Shown here: positions 1-13,210 of the stretch, piece by piece
Layout: each line of letters opens with the position of its first letter
Numbering within the stretch: the first letter of the stretch is position 1
NCBI RefSeq assembly: GCF_036321535.1
Contig: NC_087438.1
Coordinates: forward strand, 6,078,001 to 6,142,000
Direction: 5' to 3'
Length of the DNA: 64,000 nt
DNA from: Camelus dromedarius
Lineage: Eukaryota
Program-made: the position numbers and the translations under genes
Notes under the pieces: model-generated
What the model was told of the DNA's origin: nothing
The model's database searches: none
The model's input: only the letters and a program-made list of their open reading frames with translations

Positions 1-14
1 ATGAAAAATGTCAG
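1..14 (+). other. Possible 3' end of an exon of an unidentified gene
   Basis: Window opens ATGAAAAATGTCAG|GTAAGC, a strong 5' splice-site consensus (CAG|GTAAG). Upstream context is outside the window. Confidence 0.35.
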
Positions 15-539
15 GTAAGCATCTCAGCAACACTGGGGAACGACTGTTTCTGTATCATTGACTGGGTCCCCATTTAGTCCTTTGTTAAGTACAAACAGAG
101 TTTTAATTGGAAAATAGTTTCCTGCATAAGATTAAAAAGCAACGTGGTGCACGTCTAAAAAGAGTATTATTTGAACCCATTATATGCATAGCTGTGAGCT
201 GTCAAGAGCTTACAAAATAGAAATAAAAGGAATGTGCATGCTGTAGTGTAGAAAAACAATGTTGACAAGAATATTATTTCAATATATTCTGTTTCTCAGA
301 GAATACATTGACCGAAATGACTGAAATTTGTTAATTATGTGTTAGTAAATGCATTATCTTTCATTAATTTTAATTATGTACAGTGTACATATTTTGTGTA
401 TAAACTTTATTCATTTAATTTTTAATATGAAGTCAGTGTATCACTACTAATAGATACTTGGAACAGATCTATAAAGGTTATTTCATTCACTTTTCATTTT
501 GCCTTATCTTTTATTCATTCATTTATTTAAGCTATGTGT

Positions 540-1075
540 ATTTTAACTCTTTTCTGAACCATTTGAGAATATATTTTTAATATCACGTCCCTCTCTCTGA
601 CTGCTTAAGTATGTTTTTCATAAGAACTATATGTTCTCAGACATAACCACAGTACAGTTATCAACTTTTAAAAAATGTAATAGTAACATGATAATTTCAT
701 CTCATCTTCATCCATATTCTAATTCCTTCATTTGGCCCAAAGGTGTCTCTTTCGTGTTCTGTTTTTCTCTGACACAGTTCTGGTCTAGGGTTACATCTTG
801 CTTTTGTCATTCCTGTTTGGCTCCTACTTTAGTCCTTCAGGCTGTCCTTGTCTTTTGACTCATCTTGAGTACATGACAGATATTCTATAAAATTTTCCTC
901 AATTTGAGTTTGCCTGATCTGTCCCCATGGCCTGACTCAGTTTACACGTGGCCAGCTGGCTCAGACATGATGACACGCTCACAGGATGATGACCACCGCT
1001 CCTACTGGTGATCTGAATTTTGACCATCTGGGTGGTCTCTGTTTTCTTCAATCTATGCTGACTGTTTTTTTCCCT
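540..1075 (-). mobile_element. Old L1 3' UTR fragment (L1MC4/L1MC5-like)
   Basis: TTTTCTGAACCATTTGAGA ... CATAACCACAGTACAGTTATCAACT ... TCCATATTCTAATT resembles recalled L1MC4/5 3' UTR in antisense. Confidence 0.65.
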
Positions 1076-1440
1076 TACACCTTTCACAGTGAGAGCTCTG
1101 GTTTCTAGTAACATCACAGTTAGACTCATTTGCTCAATTCTACAATATGCACAAAATAATTTCAGAATCCCTAGTACCTGTAAACTACAAAAAGCAAACC
1201 TGGTAATAAGAGGGAAGGTTTGTTTGTATGTGATTCAGGTGGTGAGAAATCTTGGTTACTGTATGTTGGGTCACATTTTACATGATTATGATAATCTCTC
1301 TTAGTTAAAAACTACTGCCACAGGCTTGAATGGTATAGATTAGACGCACGAACTTCCTTTACCTCTCATTTTTATCACCTATTTTTAGAGTATTTCATCT
1401 CATTGCACTGTGTACAGCACATCAGTGTGTGTTTGTACAC

Positions 1441-1935
1441 TGATGAGTCAGTTGGCTACCTCTGTGTAACCACTTAAAACAGGAACCATTGATTTGGCTC
1501 ATGATTCTGTGGGCTCAGACTGGTGGTTCTGCTGACTTTGCTGGACTGGCTCACACATCTGTGCTCTCCTGGGGAGGGGGCTGGGTGCTGGCTGGTCCAG
1601 GTGATCTCATTTGGGTACTTGATATTTGTCTGGCTGTGGGTCAGGGCAATACGGGGTGGCTGGGGCGTGTGTTCTTACCATGCAGCTCTGCAGACAGAGG
1701 CTCTTCCCCTGGAAGTAACGGCTTCCAACAGCGTGAGCAGAGTGTATGAGACCTCTTGAGTTCTGAGTTTGGAACTGATTCGTCTTCGTTCTACCACATT
1801 TTATTAGCCAAAGCATGATATACGGCCCAGGCAGACTTCAGGGCTGGAGAAGTACACCCCCTGAAGAAAGATGTGGAAAGCTACAGTGCAAAGTGGGGAT
1901 ACAGAGAGAAGTGGAGAATGTTCCAGTCCCCTGCA
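1441..1935 (-). mobile_element. MaLR LTR (MLT1F/G-like)
   Basis: CTTAAAACA..GCTCATGATTCTGTGGG, GGCTCACACATCTG, TTCTACCACATTTTATTAGCCAAAGCA are MLT1 hallmarks. Confidence 0.75.
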
Positions 1936-2406
1936 GGTTCCTTATGTATTTTGGGGAAAAGAGTGGCTTGAAATAAAATCAAACAAAAACAAAAAGAAAA
2001 CAAAATAAATTTTGTATATTAATGTAAGTGCATTGGTGGTTATAAAAATGGATGTGAAAAGCCACATGTGAATTATGTGTCATTGGGCTTCATGATGTCT
2101 TTCCTTGACATTGCTTTACCTTAATCATGCAAGACAAATATCCAAATGGCTCATACCCCCTATAGGGTATATTGAAAGGGTAAACGCCCTAGTAAAAGAC
2201 TGCGTTTCAGCTCTGATATTATCTATGTTTAAATGATCAAAAGAAAATGTCATCATTTTATCTGCGTGAGCATTTAAATTTAAAAGACATTTTAGTGATG
2301 ATTGTACAAGACACTATAAGATACTGAAAATCTCTAGTGCTCAAAAACAACATTAGACATACTAATTCCTTCTTGTTGTTTGACCTACTGTTTGATATCT
2401 ACATAG

Positions 2407-2484
2407 GTTACTTTCAGCGATGAAGTTCTGACTTTTACTACATGGGATTATGTTCATATCACCAGACATTCAGCTACTGTTTAA
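2407..2484 (+). other. Candidate terminal coding exon (unidentified gene)
   Basis: Branch-point-like TACTAAT at 2360-2366, T-rich tract, TAG acceptor at 2404-2406. Joined to 1-14 it reads either ..EKCQ/VTFSDEVLTFTTWDYVHITRHSATV* (stop at 2482-2484) or MKNVR/LLSAMKF*. Protein not recognised. Confidence 0.3.
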
Positions 2485-2990
2485 GTGAAGAAAAGATCTC
2501 ACTATCTGAGAGAACTCTTTTTTAACTGATTGAAATTAGTCAATAGTTTTTGGTCATCTTTTGGTGATAAAAGCAATCCAGACATTCCCAGCTCAAGTCC
2601 AAATCAAAGTAGCTTTGTAAGAATTTTGTCTTTTTAAATTAACTTCATTCTGAAAAACTTAAAATCAAAAGGCCCCAAGGAAGTGTCAGAGTATCATGAC
2701 CTATCGCAAGTCACCTTCGGGGCTTCTGCTGGGACACATGCATGAGGCAGCTCGCCATTGAGGGTAACCCATCACCTCTCATTGTTTTAGAGTCCTAACT
2801 TTGCACCTGCCCTAGAAAACAGAGCTCTGGATAACCATGTCCTGATCTTCCGTTCCTGCAGCCCCCTTCCAGCCTCCACCAGTGTTCATGGAGCAACTTA
2901 GATGCGCCTTAGATTTCTCAGCTGCCTTTGTGACACATCAGCATGTTTTCATCTGTTTGTCTGTTTCTGTTTGTTTTTGCTGATGAATGG

Positions 2991-3418
2991 TGTATCAGTC
3001 AGGGCCATAGCAGGAAATAAGGACACCCTCACATGGCTCAACTGAAGAGTTTAACGACGGAATCTTTAGAAGGGTGTGAGTGGAAGTGACTGGAACCCAC
3101 AAAGAATGGGGAAGAAGCTGCGAACTAGAAATTGAGGGAATTCATTAGAATCCTTATGCCTAAAGGGAGTAGGGAGGGTGAATGTTGCCAGAAGACAAGG
3201 CACAATAGGCATGGAGGGAGCTGGGCTGAAGATGGAAGAATGTAGCCGCTGCACGTGGGCAGCATGAATGGAAAGGAATGGAAGGAGGTAGAGTATCAAA
3301 GGAAACACCTAGAGGTCACCTCCTCTTCCGCTCTCCCATCTTCAGACCCACCCCTAAGCTTCAAGTAAAGAGTGGCAGATTTGCTCAAGCCAGAACATCA
3401 CCGTCAGGGGTTATTACA
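2991..3418 (-). mobile_element. ERVL-class LTR (LTR41/LTR33-like)
   Basis: Begins TGTATCAGTCAGGG..AGCAGGAAA..GAAGAGTTTAA, the antisense LTR 3' terminus of these families; ends near TTATTACA. Confidence 0.55.
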
Positions 3419-3594
3419 TAACCTCTTAGAGTCACGGCTTCCTCATCTGTTAGAAGGAAGATGGCACCAGCTCTACACAGGCTGTGGGCAAAGTAGTCCC
3501 TAAAGTCCCTCCCCTAGAATAGCATCTGATTTCAGTAGTTTATTTTCTCCCATTTAATAAAAGGAACTATGAATGCAAGCAACTCCACCATTCA

Positions 3595-5100
3595 CAGTTG
3601 AGCCTTGAACAGCACAGGTCTGAAGGGCATGCGTCCACTTACATGTGGATTTTTTTCAATAAGTATATTGGAAATATTTTGGAGATGTGTGACAATTTGA
3701 AAAAAACTTGCAGATGAACTATGTAGCTTAGAAATATCTAAAAATTAAGAAAAAGTTTGCTATGTCATGATAGCAAAAAATATATGTAGATCCAGTCTAT
3801 TTTATCATTTACTACCATAAAATATACACAAATCTATTATAAACAGTTAAAAATTTATCATAATTTATGCACACAAACACAAGTCATACATGACGCCATT
3901 CACAGTCAAGAGACATTTTTTAAAATGTAAAGATGCAGTAGTAAATTACAACTGCGTGAAGTTAATTGCAGGTCACAGGGTACTACAGTAATAATTTTGT
4001 AGCCACCTCCTGATGCTGCTGCAGTGAGCTCAACACACCACGTGAGGTTGATCATCTCCATGTGAGCAGTTCATCTCGCCACTGAATTGTGTATCTCAGT
4101 AGAAAGTGATCTCTTGTGTTTGATCCTTGCTTATTTTTCATTGTGTTTAGCACAGTATCATAAACCTTGAATAATTCCATGGGACCCATATGAAGTGCAC
4201 TAGTGATGCCGGAGGTGCTCCCAAGAAGCAGAAAAAAGTCATGGCTTTACAAGAAAAAACTGAATTGTTTGATATGTACCATAGATTAGGGTCTGTAACT
4301 GCAGGTGCCCCCCACCCCCATTTCAAGATAAATGAATCTAGCATAAGGACCACTGTAAAAAAATAAAAAAGGAATTTGTATAGCCATTACTGCAGGCATG
4401 CCAGCAGGTGCATAACCTTGCACTTTTTGTGATGTACCTTTTTATTTTGTATTGAAAATTCAGCTTTTATGTAGGTGCAGAGTTGCTATAAAAAAGACAT
4501 ACCTAGACGCCAATATAATTTGAGAAAAGGCAAAGTCATTATGCGACAACTTAAAGCAAAAGGAAGCTAAAGAATTTACAGCTGGAGAATTTAATGCCAG
4601 AAAAGGATGGCTTGATAATTTTAGAAAGAAGTTTGGTTTAAAAAGTGTCAAGATAACAGGAGAAGACTCTTCTGCCGACCAAGAGGCAGCAGACGAGTTC
4701 CCAGACAACATTAGGAAAATCACTGAGGAGAAATTATATCTGTCTGAACAGGTTTTTCAGTGCAGACAAAGGTGTCCTACTGTGGAAGAAAAAAGTGCCA
4801 CAAAGGATGTTCATTAGTAAGGAAGAGAAGTGAGCACCAGGGTTTAAAGCAGGAAGGGATAAGCCAAATACTGTTTTGTACAAACGTAGTTGGGTTTATG
4901 ATCAGGACTGCTCTCATCTACAGCGCTCCTAACTTTCGAAACTTGAAGGGAAAAGATAAACACCAGCTACCAAAACACCAGCCTTTGGGTTGTGTAAGAA
5001 GGCCTGGAAATGAAAACCTTTTTTTTCTGAATTGGTTCTAATGATGCTTTGTCCTTGAAGTCAGGAAGTACCTTAACAGTAAGGGACTGCCTTTTAAAGT
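3595..5100 (+). mobile_element. Tigger2-like TcMar DNA transposon, 3'-truncated, decayed transposase
   Basis: TIR-like CAGTTGAGCCTTGAACAGCACAGG at 3595. From about 4179, broken frames give PKKQKKVMALQEKTELFDMY..HFKINESSIRT and EKAKSLCDNLKQKE..GEFNARKGWLDNFRKKFGLKSVKITGEDSSADQEAADEF (CENP-B-like HTH domains), with stops and frameshifts. Confidence 0.92.
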
Positions 5101-8100
5101 TTGAAGCATATAAATTCTTCGAAAAGCAAAAGAGGAATTCCAATTTAGTGTAATCTTTAGTGTCCTACAAGTATTAAAGGAATTCAAGTCAGAAGGAAGG
5201 GCCCTGGAAGGAGGTTCAAGACGGAAACGTATGGCTTTGAGGAGGAGAGCAAGATTTAAGCAGAAACACTCCCTTTGACAAAATCATAATATGATCCAGT
5301 GAAATGACCTTTCTTGAGGGATAATGATAAAAATGAGTATTAGGCTGCTACAATCTTCAAATTCTTTTGAGTTTCACTTTTATATTTTGTTCAGTTTTTT
5401 CCACTCAAGATGTTAAATAATAATAATGTCATGTGTTATACAAAATATATGTCAGTGGATATATATGATTTGTCAGGTTTTTTTTAACAGATATTTCTTA
5501 TCCCTCACTCTTACTTCCTTTGATGAGTTTAAGCCACCAGCTGAAAATTATGTATCAGATTATGTGTTTGTTTAATATACTAGCTGCATCCCATTTGCCT
5601 ATTGGTAAACCTGTTCAGAAAATTAAAAACACAAAGTACATTTAAAAACACATATTCTTGGAAATGTATCTTAGAGATAATGGTATTTACAGCAAAGTAA
5701 CAAAGAATTAAACGTCATGATTCAGGGATTTCTGAATTTTCTCCTTTAATCTTTAGTGTAACATTTTAAGCAAGTCATTTATAGGTTAAAACACTATAAT
5801 ATGACAATGACGGAAATGTTGAGGATAGATAATTTACAATGAGGTTCTAGGAATTAAAAATGCTGCTCTTCCATTATTAAAGACTGTAGAATTGGTGTTT
5901 TATGAATGCTGTTTAGTAATAAGCATATTTTCAGACATCTCTATTAAAATGACTCTATTGAGTGTCCCAATGGTGATTCACTGAAGTTAAATAGAACATT
6001 TTTCTGACAAATGCTAATTTCCTTATATTGCTTGTATTCCATAAAAATTATCAACATATCTGAGGTCATATTAACCATTTTTTAAATAAAACAACAATAC
6101 TATGTTGTCCTGTGGGTATTTGGAGTCTCACTACATATGGTTCTGTTGTCAGTTACATAAAAGTATCCATCGTAGATACTAAAATATTGATACGTTCATC
6201 AGTCCTACCCACTCCATTTATACTTCCAATAAAAATCTTAATTTTTTTACTCAAATACAGTAAATGAATGTTTTCGTATAATCATATTTTACAATCTGAT
6301 TTATAAAATTATATCATTGCCTGAAATCCTACTCTCATTCACTCCAAACATAAAAGATCTCAGATATTTTAATCAAAAACTGGACAGTCCTCGCTGCTGT
6401 AACATTCTGCATGGGAAGATGGAAGATGGACTTTGTGAGGGGAGAGTGGGGACAGCAGGTTTGTTTTCACTAACAGAAATAGGCAATAATATTAGACCCT
6501 TTCACGAGACAGCTACTGACCCCGGGCCATCCGTGAAGTCCAGTTCACTGGGTGAATTAAGCAGTTCACCCACCAGACTGCAGTGCCATTTTATAAGACA
6601 GTCATTCCCCAGCGGGTTTCCTTGTGTAATGTCACTGATTTGAATTCCTGTGGGTCGGTATCCCGCTAACCAAGCCTGAGTTCCTCTTCTTTGACACAGC
6701 TGATGTCTGGGGTTCTGAGGCTGGCGACTCCCCGGGTCACTCACCGTGTCTCTGATCAGCGTGGAAAGAGCAGCAGGTGTTGATGCACGTATCTCACACC
6801 AGTGTGTTGTAGATTCCGTGGTGGCTAGTGATGCATTCAAAGGAGGAGTGTGACTGTCCTGTGTTCTCTAGGCCACTGCTACATCCAAGTGCTCAGAGAA
6901 CATTTGAAGGCTCAATTTAAGGCATTTACGCCCTCCATACATTTCACAAAGAAATGTGCATTAACTGATCATTTCAAAACTTACACTCATATATCCCTTT
7001 ATAAACTTTGCTCCTAAATATATGCTTTGGTTTGGTTTGGGGGGGTTGATAAGAATTATATTAATTTGGTGCTTTTATGTCACTGTATTTATCACAAGAA
7101 AGTAAAAGGGAAGAGCTGAGAAAGGAATGGTGGAGAGACAAGTCATACACTCCAAAAAGAGGATTTTGTAAGTAATAGCTTTAGAAAAATACCTGTCTGT
7201 CCTAGCTGACGGAGAAGACGTTATCACGACTTAATTCCCAATAATAAATGTGTTGCTAACTAAAAGTTGATCGAAAACAGGAATGCTTCTTTTACCCTTA
7301 GTGTAAAAAGATACCTTTTATTTTTTAGCACACTAGGGTGTTCTAGATCATTTTAAATATAGTGAAAACTTATTCACCTTGCTGAAACTAAAGTTTCAAA
7401 AGCATTATCAGGTTAATTGCTTAAATTAAATACAGCAAACAGAGCCTTGATGACTTGAGGCTATTGCTGGGAACATTAACATTTGTGATGTCCCAAGAGC
7501 TGCAGGCCTTTCGGATGCAGCACTGTTCTCACCAGCCTGTATTTACCTCTGCCCTTGGAGTGCACTCTCCTGCCCAAAGTCTCAATCAACCTCACCTTCA
7601 TTAAGTTAAATCCTCCAGTTGGGTTTTGCTCCCCAAATCATGTCTTTGTGAAATGCAAGTTAACAGAGTCAATCTGACTGTTTGTTTCACCCTGATCTCA
7701 GGGGACTGCCCCCCGTAGTCATTTACAGCCCGACCTCTTTGTCAACAGGACACTGCAGTGGGGTCACTGGGGAGCAGCTTACTAACAGTCTGGGGCTCAC
7801 AGAAGAGGTCAAAGCGGGAGACTGACATCTGGAAGTCACCAATACGGAGACAGTATTCGATGCCCATACAGATGGTCCTGTAGGAAAGACTATAAAGGAT
7901 TTTAGGCAAAAAAGATAAAATCACTCTCCTGTAAGGCATCAGTGCTTTGGAAGATCAACTGTCCACGCACAAAATGTAAATACTGGCAATTGAATGATCA
8001 ATGTAGGACGCTCATCCTCTGTCTCATTAACGTGTAGAATTATGAACCTATTCCTCACAGGTATTTTAGAAAACGTTAGTTTAACACCTTTCTAACATAT

Positions 8101-8334
8101 TTGAGAGGCTAGAAGCCAAGTCTGAAAAGCATTTACTGTCATCAAATCATCTTCTGTGCCAACTGGCTTCATGGAAGAAGTGTTGGTGCTCAGCCAGCCA
8201 ATATGAAACAAAAATGAAAGCAAAACCATGAAATGATCATTGAGATAAACGCAGATGATATAACGGTGTAGCAGAGGCAATGAGATGGCAAGTCACCCAT
8301 CATCCCACACCTGGCTTTCGTCCCCCGCAGCGGC

Positions 8335-8560
8335 GTGGGAGAAGACGCCCTTTGACGTCAGTCACAGAGACTGGGTTCTGATTCTGATTAACCCCTCCCG
8401 GCTGCGGGATGCTGGCCAGGCAGCTCCACTTCTCTCATCCTGTTCTCCTGCCTGTAAAACGGGGAAGGTTATATCCACTTCATGGAGTCTGTATGTGGAC
8501 TCAAGCAGATACCTCTATAAAGAGACTAGAAGGGCATTCAACTGTCCCTCCATAAACATC
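8335..8560 (+). mobile_element. MIR SINE
   Basis: GACTGGGTTCTGATTCTG ... TTCTCCTGCCTGTAAAACGGGGA..ATATCCACTTCATGGAG matches the MIR core. Confidence 0.65.
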
Positions 8561-11500
8561 TCCAACCCCCCACGTATATATTCCCATGTTATCTGAATAA
8601 TGACTAAACATTAATGTATTTTAGATGAATGCATACATTTCTCTTCTTATATACTAACCCTACTCATAACCTTCTAAACACTTGTTAAATAATGACAGAA
8701 AGATAATTTCCTTGTCTCCTCTCTATACTATGTTTTAGTTCCTGTGTCCTCCGACTCTCAATGTTTTACTATATTTTTCTCTCTCAAATTATTTTGCAAA
8801 TAAAGAAGCTTCAGGTCCCAGAGTTTGAGGGACTGGCTCGTAATCATATAAACAGCTTGGAGTGAAGAAGGGAAGGGAAGTTCATCCAAAACTTCTGTTC
8901 TGTTCACTAGTCAGAGATTCCAGAAAACATGACGATTGCATCAGATTTGTTAAAACTCCTGCACCGTTGGTTATCTGTGTACCCTCATAGTGTGCATTTG
9001 TGGGTGTTTGAGACATCGTGCCTGTAATTTAGATCTGAGCACCTTGATCATACTTAGAAGAATCGAGAGGAACCCCCATAAGGCCCTGTCTGAAGTTATT
9101 CACACAAACTTCGGGAAGAGACAGACATTCAGTGATCACAGACACTTACCTTGTTCAGCACCTAGAAGTGATTTTTTTTCACCAATTATCATCTATTTTA
9201 GGGATATAAAAAGTTATTTTGGTTAATACTAGTTCGACAGTCTAAATAATTCATTTTGACTGTTACATTTCTGTCATTTTACAGCCAAAATCTATTCAGG
9301 TTGTTAATTTTTTTAACGTGAGACATTAAGTGGGAGGTTTAAATTAGTTTTACAACGGTGAGCCGCAGGATGGTCCATTTTAAAACAAGTGTTGACTTCA
9401 TTTAAAAATTCACAGTGATTTCATTACAAAGAGATTAGATCCAAAAGTCACTTTACATAAATTGAAGAAACAATTTGGCCCTCCCGGTGCGTGGGATGTT
9501 TTTACTTTAACAATTAACTGACCAGAAAAATAACATTGTCACCTAAAGATGCCAATTACCATTGTCTGATTGCACGGAGGATTTGGCTCAACATGCCTAC
9601 TCTAAGAGCACTTCGTTATGCACAACATCTCGCCGGTGTACCTTCTCATTTTTAGAGCTCATCTCATGTGTGCTTTTGCTTTCATTGAATGTAGGACGGT
9701 TCTAAACCAGTTTAATTTTCGTTTTGCTGTGGTTATCATTATTCATATATAAAATTTAAATGTCATAGATCATTTGCATCCACACAATGAATGTGGCTTT
9801 CTCTTTGAGAATTAATCACCTGTGACAACCTGCTGACTCACGGATCTGGAAGGATGCCCCATTTCTTGGTTCTATTTTAACCTTAAATAACCAGCCATGT
9901 TTCCTAGCTCATATTTGAATGGCAGTGTCACCCATGTGCCTGAAAATAGATAAATGAATCAAAGAAAAATAACTGAGAAAATGCAAACGATGCTTATTTT
10001 GCCCAGCATGGAAGTATCACAGGCATATGACATAAAGTTTAAAAATACAGAACACAAAGAAAAAAGCATCACATTCAATGGCCTCTCCTGAGAAAAAAAT
10101 GATTATTTACCACCTTAACAATTGCAAGGTTTTCTGCCTGATGATACAGTGTAATTATAGATGTGCACATGAACACACGTGCAAATTTACAGAAACACCA
10201 GAGGGTGTTCCCACATACGTGTGGGTAAATGCAGTCATTCTGCACAGTCTATGTTCTATTAAATATTTCTATTAGTTTTATTTTCTGATAACTGCTTATG
10301 CTCAGTTATGTGGCAAATACCGTCCCTAAATAAAACCCAACTCAGGCTCTTTAATCGTTGCAAACTCTAGTGCCACTTCCCAGCAGCCTCGTTATCCCAC
10401 AATTTGCACCTTAGTTGATTTTACCCACAGAGCCTTGAGCCCTGCGTTCTAAGGACACGGTGTTTCTTTTTATCTCCCTCCCCTTGGACACAAGACTCAA
10501 ATTACATTCTTAAATTTTGAATGCTTTGTTCTTTGGTTTCTCAAGGTAAGAGTAACCAAAGAAAAAGACCCACATGAACAGAAACATTAAAAATTCTGCA
10601 CATCTTGTCTCTGCTCCTAGATAACACAGTTTTGCAAAGGATCATACGCTTAGGATATGAATGGAAGCTTTACTTATCTTATTAATAAAATGAGCGCTGT
10701 CATTGACTTCCAGCTGCAGAGACGGTTATTAAGGGCAGAGGTTGTATTTTGTATGTCTTGAGAGGAAAATTCTTATAAAAAAAAAGTTTGGTGGTTTTCA
10801 TTGGGAAACCTGTGCTTTGGTATTTAATAACGTGTTGATCTCAGTTTCATTATTAGCAATACATTTAGAGTAAATAGAATTCCCTCTGTTTCTCTCTCTG
10901 TCTTCCCTCCCCACTGTCTCCCTCTCCTTCTTTCTTTCCTTACTCTGACTTCCAAATGCCTCTCCATCCACCTGATTCTAGCCCTGTGCTCTTGGACATT
11001 AAATATTCCTGGGCTAGGGATCAGAGGAAAAGAACAAAGTTTAAATTATTTTTTCCAAAGGACAAAAGAAACAAGGTTCTGTGACAGGGCAGACAGGACA
11101 GCAAGTTAAGTCATTTATCAAAGAGAAGAAAGCCTTGCCCATCAGCCCACAGAGACGTCGGCAGCTCATTATCTCTGGGCTGGATGGTCGACATGTGGCC
11201 ATAATAAGGTTGAAACCAAAAGCAGCTACCCTACACCGTCTTCAGTCCACAAGATCCCCAAAACATAAAGCACCACTTTTTAACTTCCCCTAAGGTTAAA
11301 AAATAAAGGGAAGATAAGGAGACAATTTATACAAGAACAAAAATAATGAAAAGCAATGTTTTCTTTCTTCATCTCAACACGTTTAATCATGTGCCATACC
11401 ATTTGATCGTTATGCATTAATCACACGATTAACCTAATAACCTTGGCATTCTGAGTGTGAAAATCTTACATAATATACCCAAAATGGATGTGATGAGTTT

Positions 11501-11599
11501 GATTTTAAGTTTGAGTGGTACTTAAAAATTTTAAAAGAAACAAAGCTAAGACATATTTAAGGATATGTGACAAATCGCCCTATTAACTTGAGTTAAGAA

Positions 11600-11760
11600 T
11601 CATCCATTGATCGAGGTTTGTTAGCTGAGATGAACGTATCACATATGGGATGTCGGGAATGTGCGAGGCTGGGTTGGGGTGCACAGAACCCTCTCGACTG
11701 TCTTTGCAACTTTTCTGTTAGTCTAAAACTATCTTAAAATAGTTTATTATTTTAAAATAG
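11600..11760 (+). mobile_element. L1MC/L1MD 3' terminus
   Basis: CTGTCTTTGCAACTTTTCTGTTAGTCTAAAACTATCTTAAAATAGTTTATT is the typical 3' end. Confidence 0.65.
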
Positions 11761-11862
11761 CAACAGCTTATTTCATAATATCTGAGTGTATTGAACACCC
11801 GCTATTATTTATAGGAGGTGTTTATATTATTTATACGATGTATAAAATCTGTCACTTTAAAT

Positions 11863-12083
11863 CAGTGTTTCCCAAACTGTAATCTGTGTGAGAATCACTA
11901 AAGTCTTTGTTAAAATCGTACAAATATTTCACAACTGCTGTGTGTTGGGTTTCCCTATAAAACTTCTGTTCATGGACCCCTCGCTGAAGGACTCCAATTT
12001 ATTTGCTCTGGTGTGTGAATGGACAGCGGGGTTTTTAAACACCCCCCAGTGATTCTGATGTGCAGCCAACACTGGGAAGCCCT
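11863..12083. mobile_element. MER5-type hAT-Charlie MITE
   Basis: CAGTGTTTCCCAAACT..GAATCAC at the left end; TTTTTAAACACCCCCCAGTGATTCTGATGTGCAGCC..TGGGAAGCC at the right end. Confidence 0.7.
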
Positions 12084-12569
12084 TTCCTGAGCGTTTTATG
12101 CTGCCGATGACAGCAGTGTTTCCCCCCAGTTATACTGGTATCTCTAGGGTTTCTTTTTAAACATGCGCCTTCCTGGTTGCCACTCCAGAAGTTAGAATGA
12201 TAATCTCAAGGTTTAGGGTCAAGAAATTGAGGTTTAGCAGCAAGTTTCCCTTACCCATGTGTGAACTTCCGTGGCCAATAGTGTACCGTCATCAGGCAGG
12301 AGAGAAGCACGGGGGAGAGGATGATTAGGGAAGGAAGGGAGTTGAGGGGCGTCAGAGGGGAGCTGAAAGGAACGAAAGACAAGTTTTAAAGACTGAGGAG
12401 AGAAAAAGGGGGACAAAGGAAGGAGTCAAAGAAAAGAAAACAGGAACTAAAAGTTACTGGGTTTGTGATTATCCATCCACTATACATATTTTCAATATAG
12501 TGTCTTACTAAATTCTCGTAAGAACCCATTTAAGTTGGCATTGCTTTTCCTACTTCACCAGTGAGGAGA

Positions 12570-13210
12570 AGGCTCGGTGAGGGGCCACAGCTTGCCTCGA
12601 GGGGCCGGAGCGGCGGGCGCGTAGGAAGCACAGAGCAGGGGCGGGAGAGGGGGCGGGGGGTCCCCGTTGTCTCCACCTGGGAGAGGACCGAAGGCGCTGA
12701 AGATGCAGCTGGAGGGCTTGTATCATTGAAACAATAAAGTCAGGCAGCCTCAGAGCAATTCTTGGGTCTGAGTCAGGGCATCTGTGCAGAATTGCTCTTT
12801 AAAGTCAACACACCCACTACCTAGCTGATTTTAATATTGGAGTAACTGCGTCGATTGACGTAAGACGTGCTTGTCTTGGCCTTTCGCTAGTGTTTTTCTT
12901 GTGGAGTATTTTCTCTCTGGAATTATGCTCTATTTAACATTACCATGAAGGATGCGTGCATTCACCGTGTGTTTTCCGGCTGTCGGGGCTTCGGGCTTCC
13001 TCTGTTCTTCCCAGGGCTTTCTTCCGGAGGCCCCGCGGAGACGTGCCTGAGTCGTGGGGACGCGCACCGGGTGTGGGCGCTCCTCCTGCACACGGGGCGC
13101 CCCCGGCGGGGTTGGGGGGGGCGTGTGGGAGAGCGGGTACGCGTACACATCCAATTCCGAGGAGCGGCTGGGAAATGGCCGCAATATGGAGTGAGAATAT
13201 ATAGCGACGC
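12570..13210. promoter_or_regulatory. CpG-rich, GC-rich island-like region
   Basis: Dense CpGs at 12590-12700 and 12950-13210 against a CpG-poor background; two GGGGCGGG GC boxes at 12638-12660. Confidence 0.55.

Noticed and set aside
4760..5041. 93-aa ORF as a TIGD-like domesticated gene
   Set aside because: Frameshifted piece of the Tigger2 fossil with many stops upstream.
8353..8360. Single TGACGTCA
   Set aside because: Isolated, inside a MIR; one copy per window is compatible with chance.
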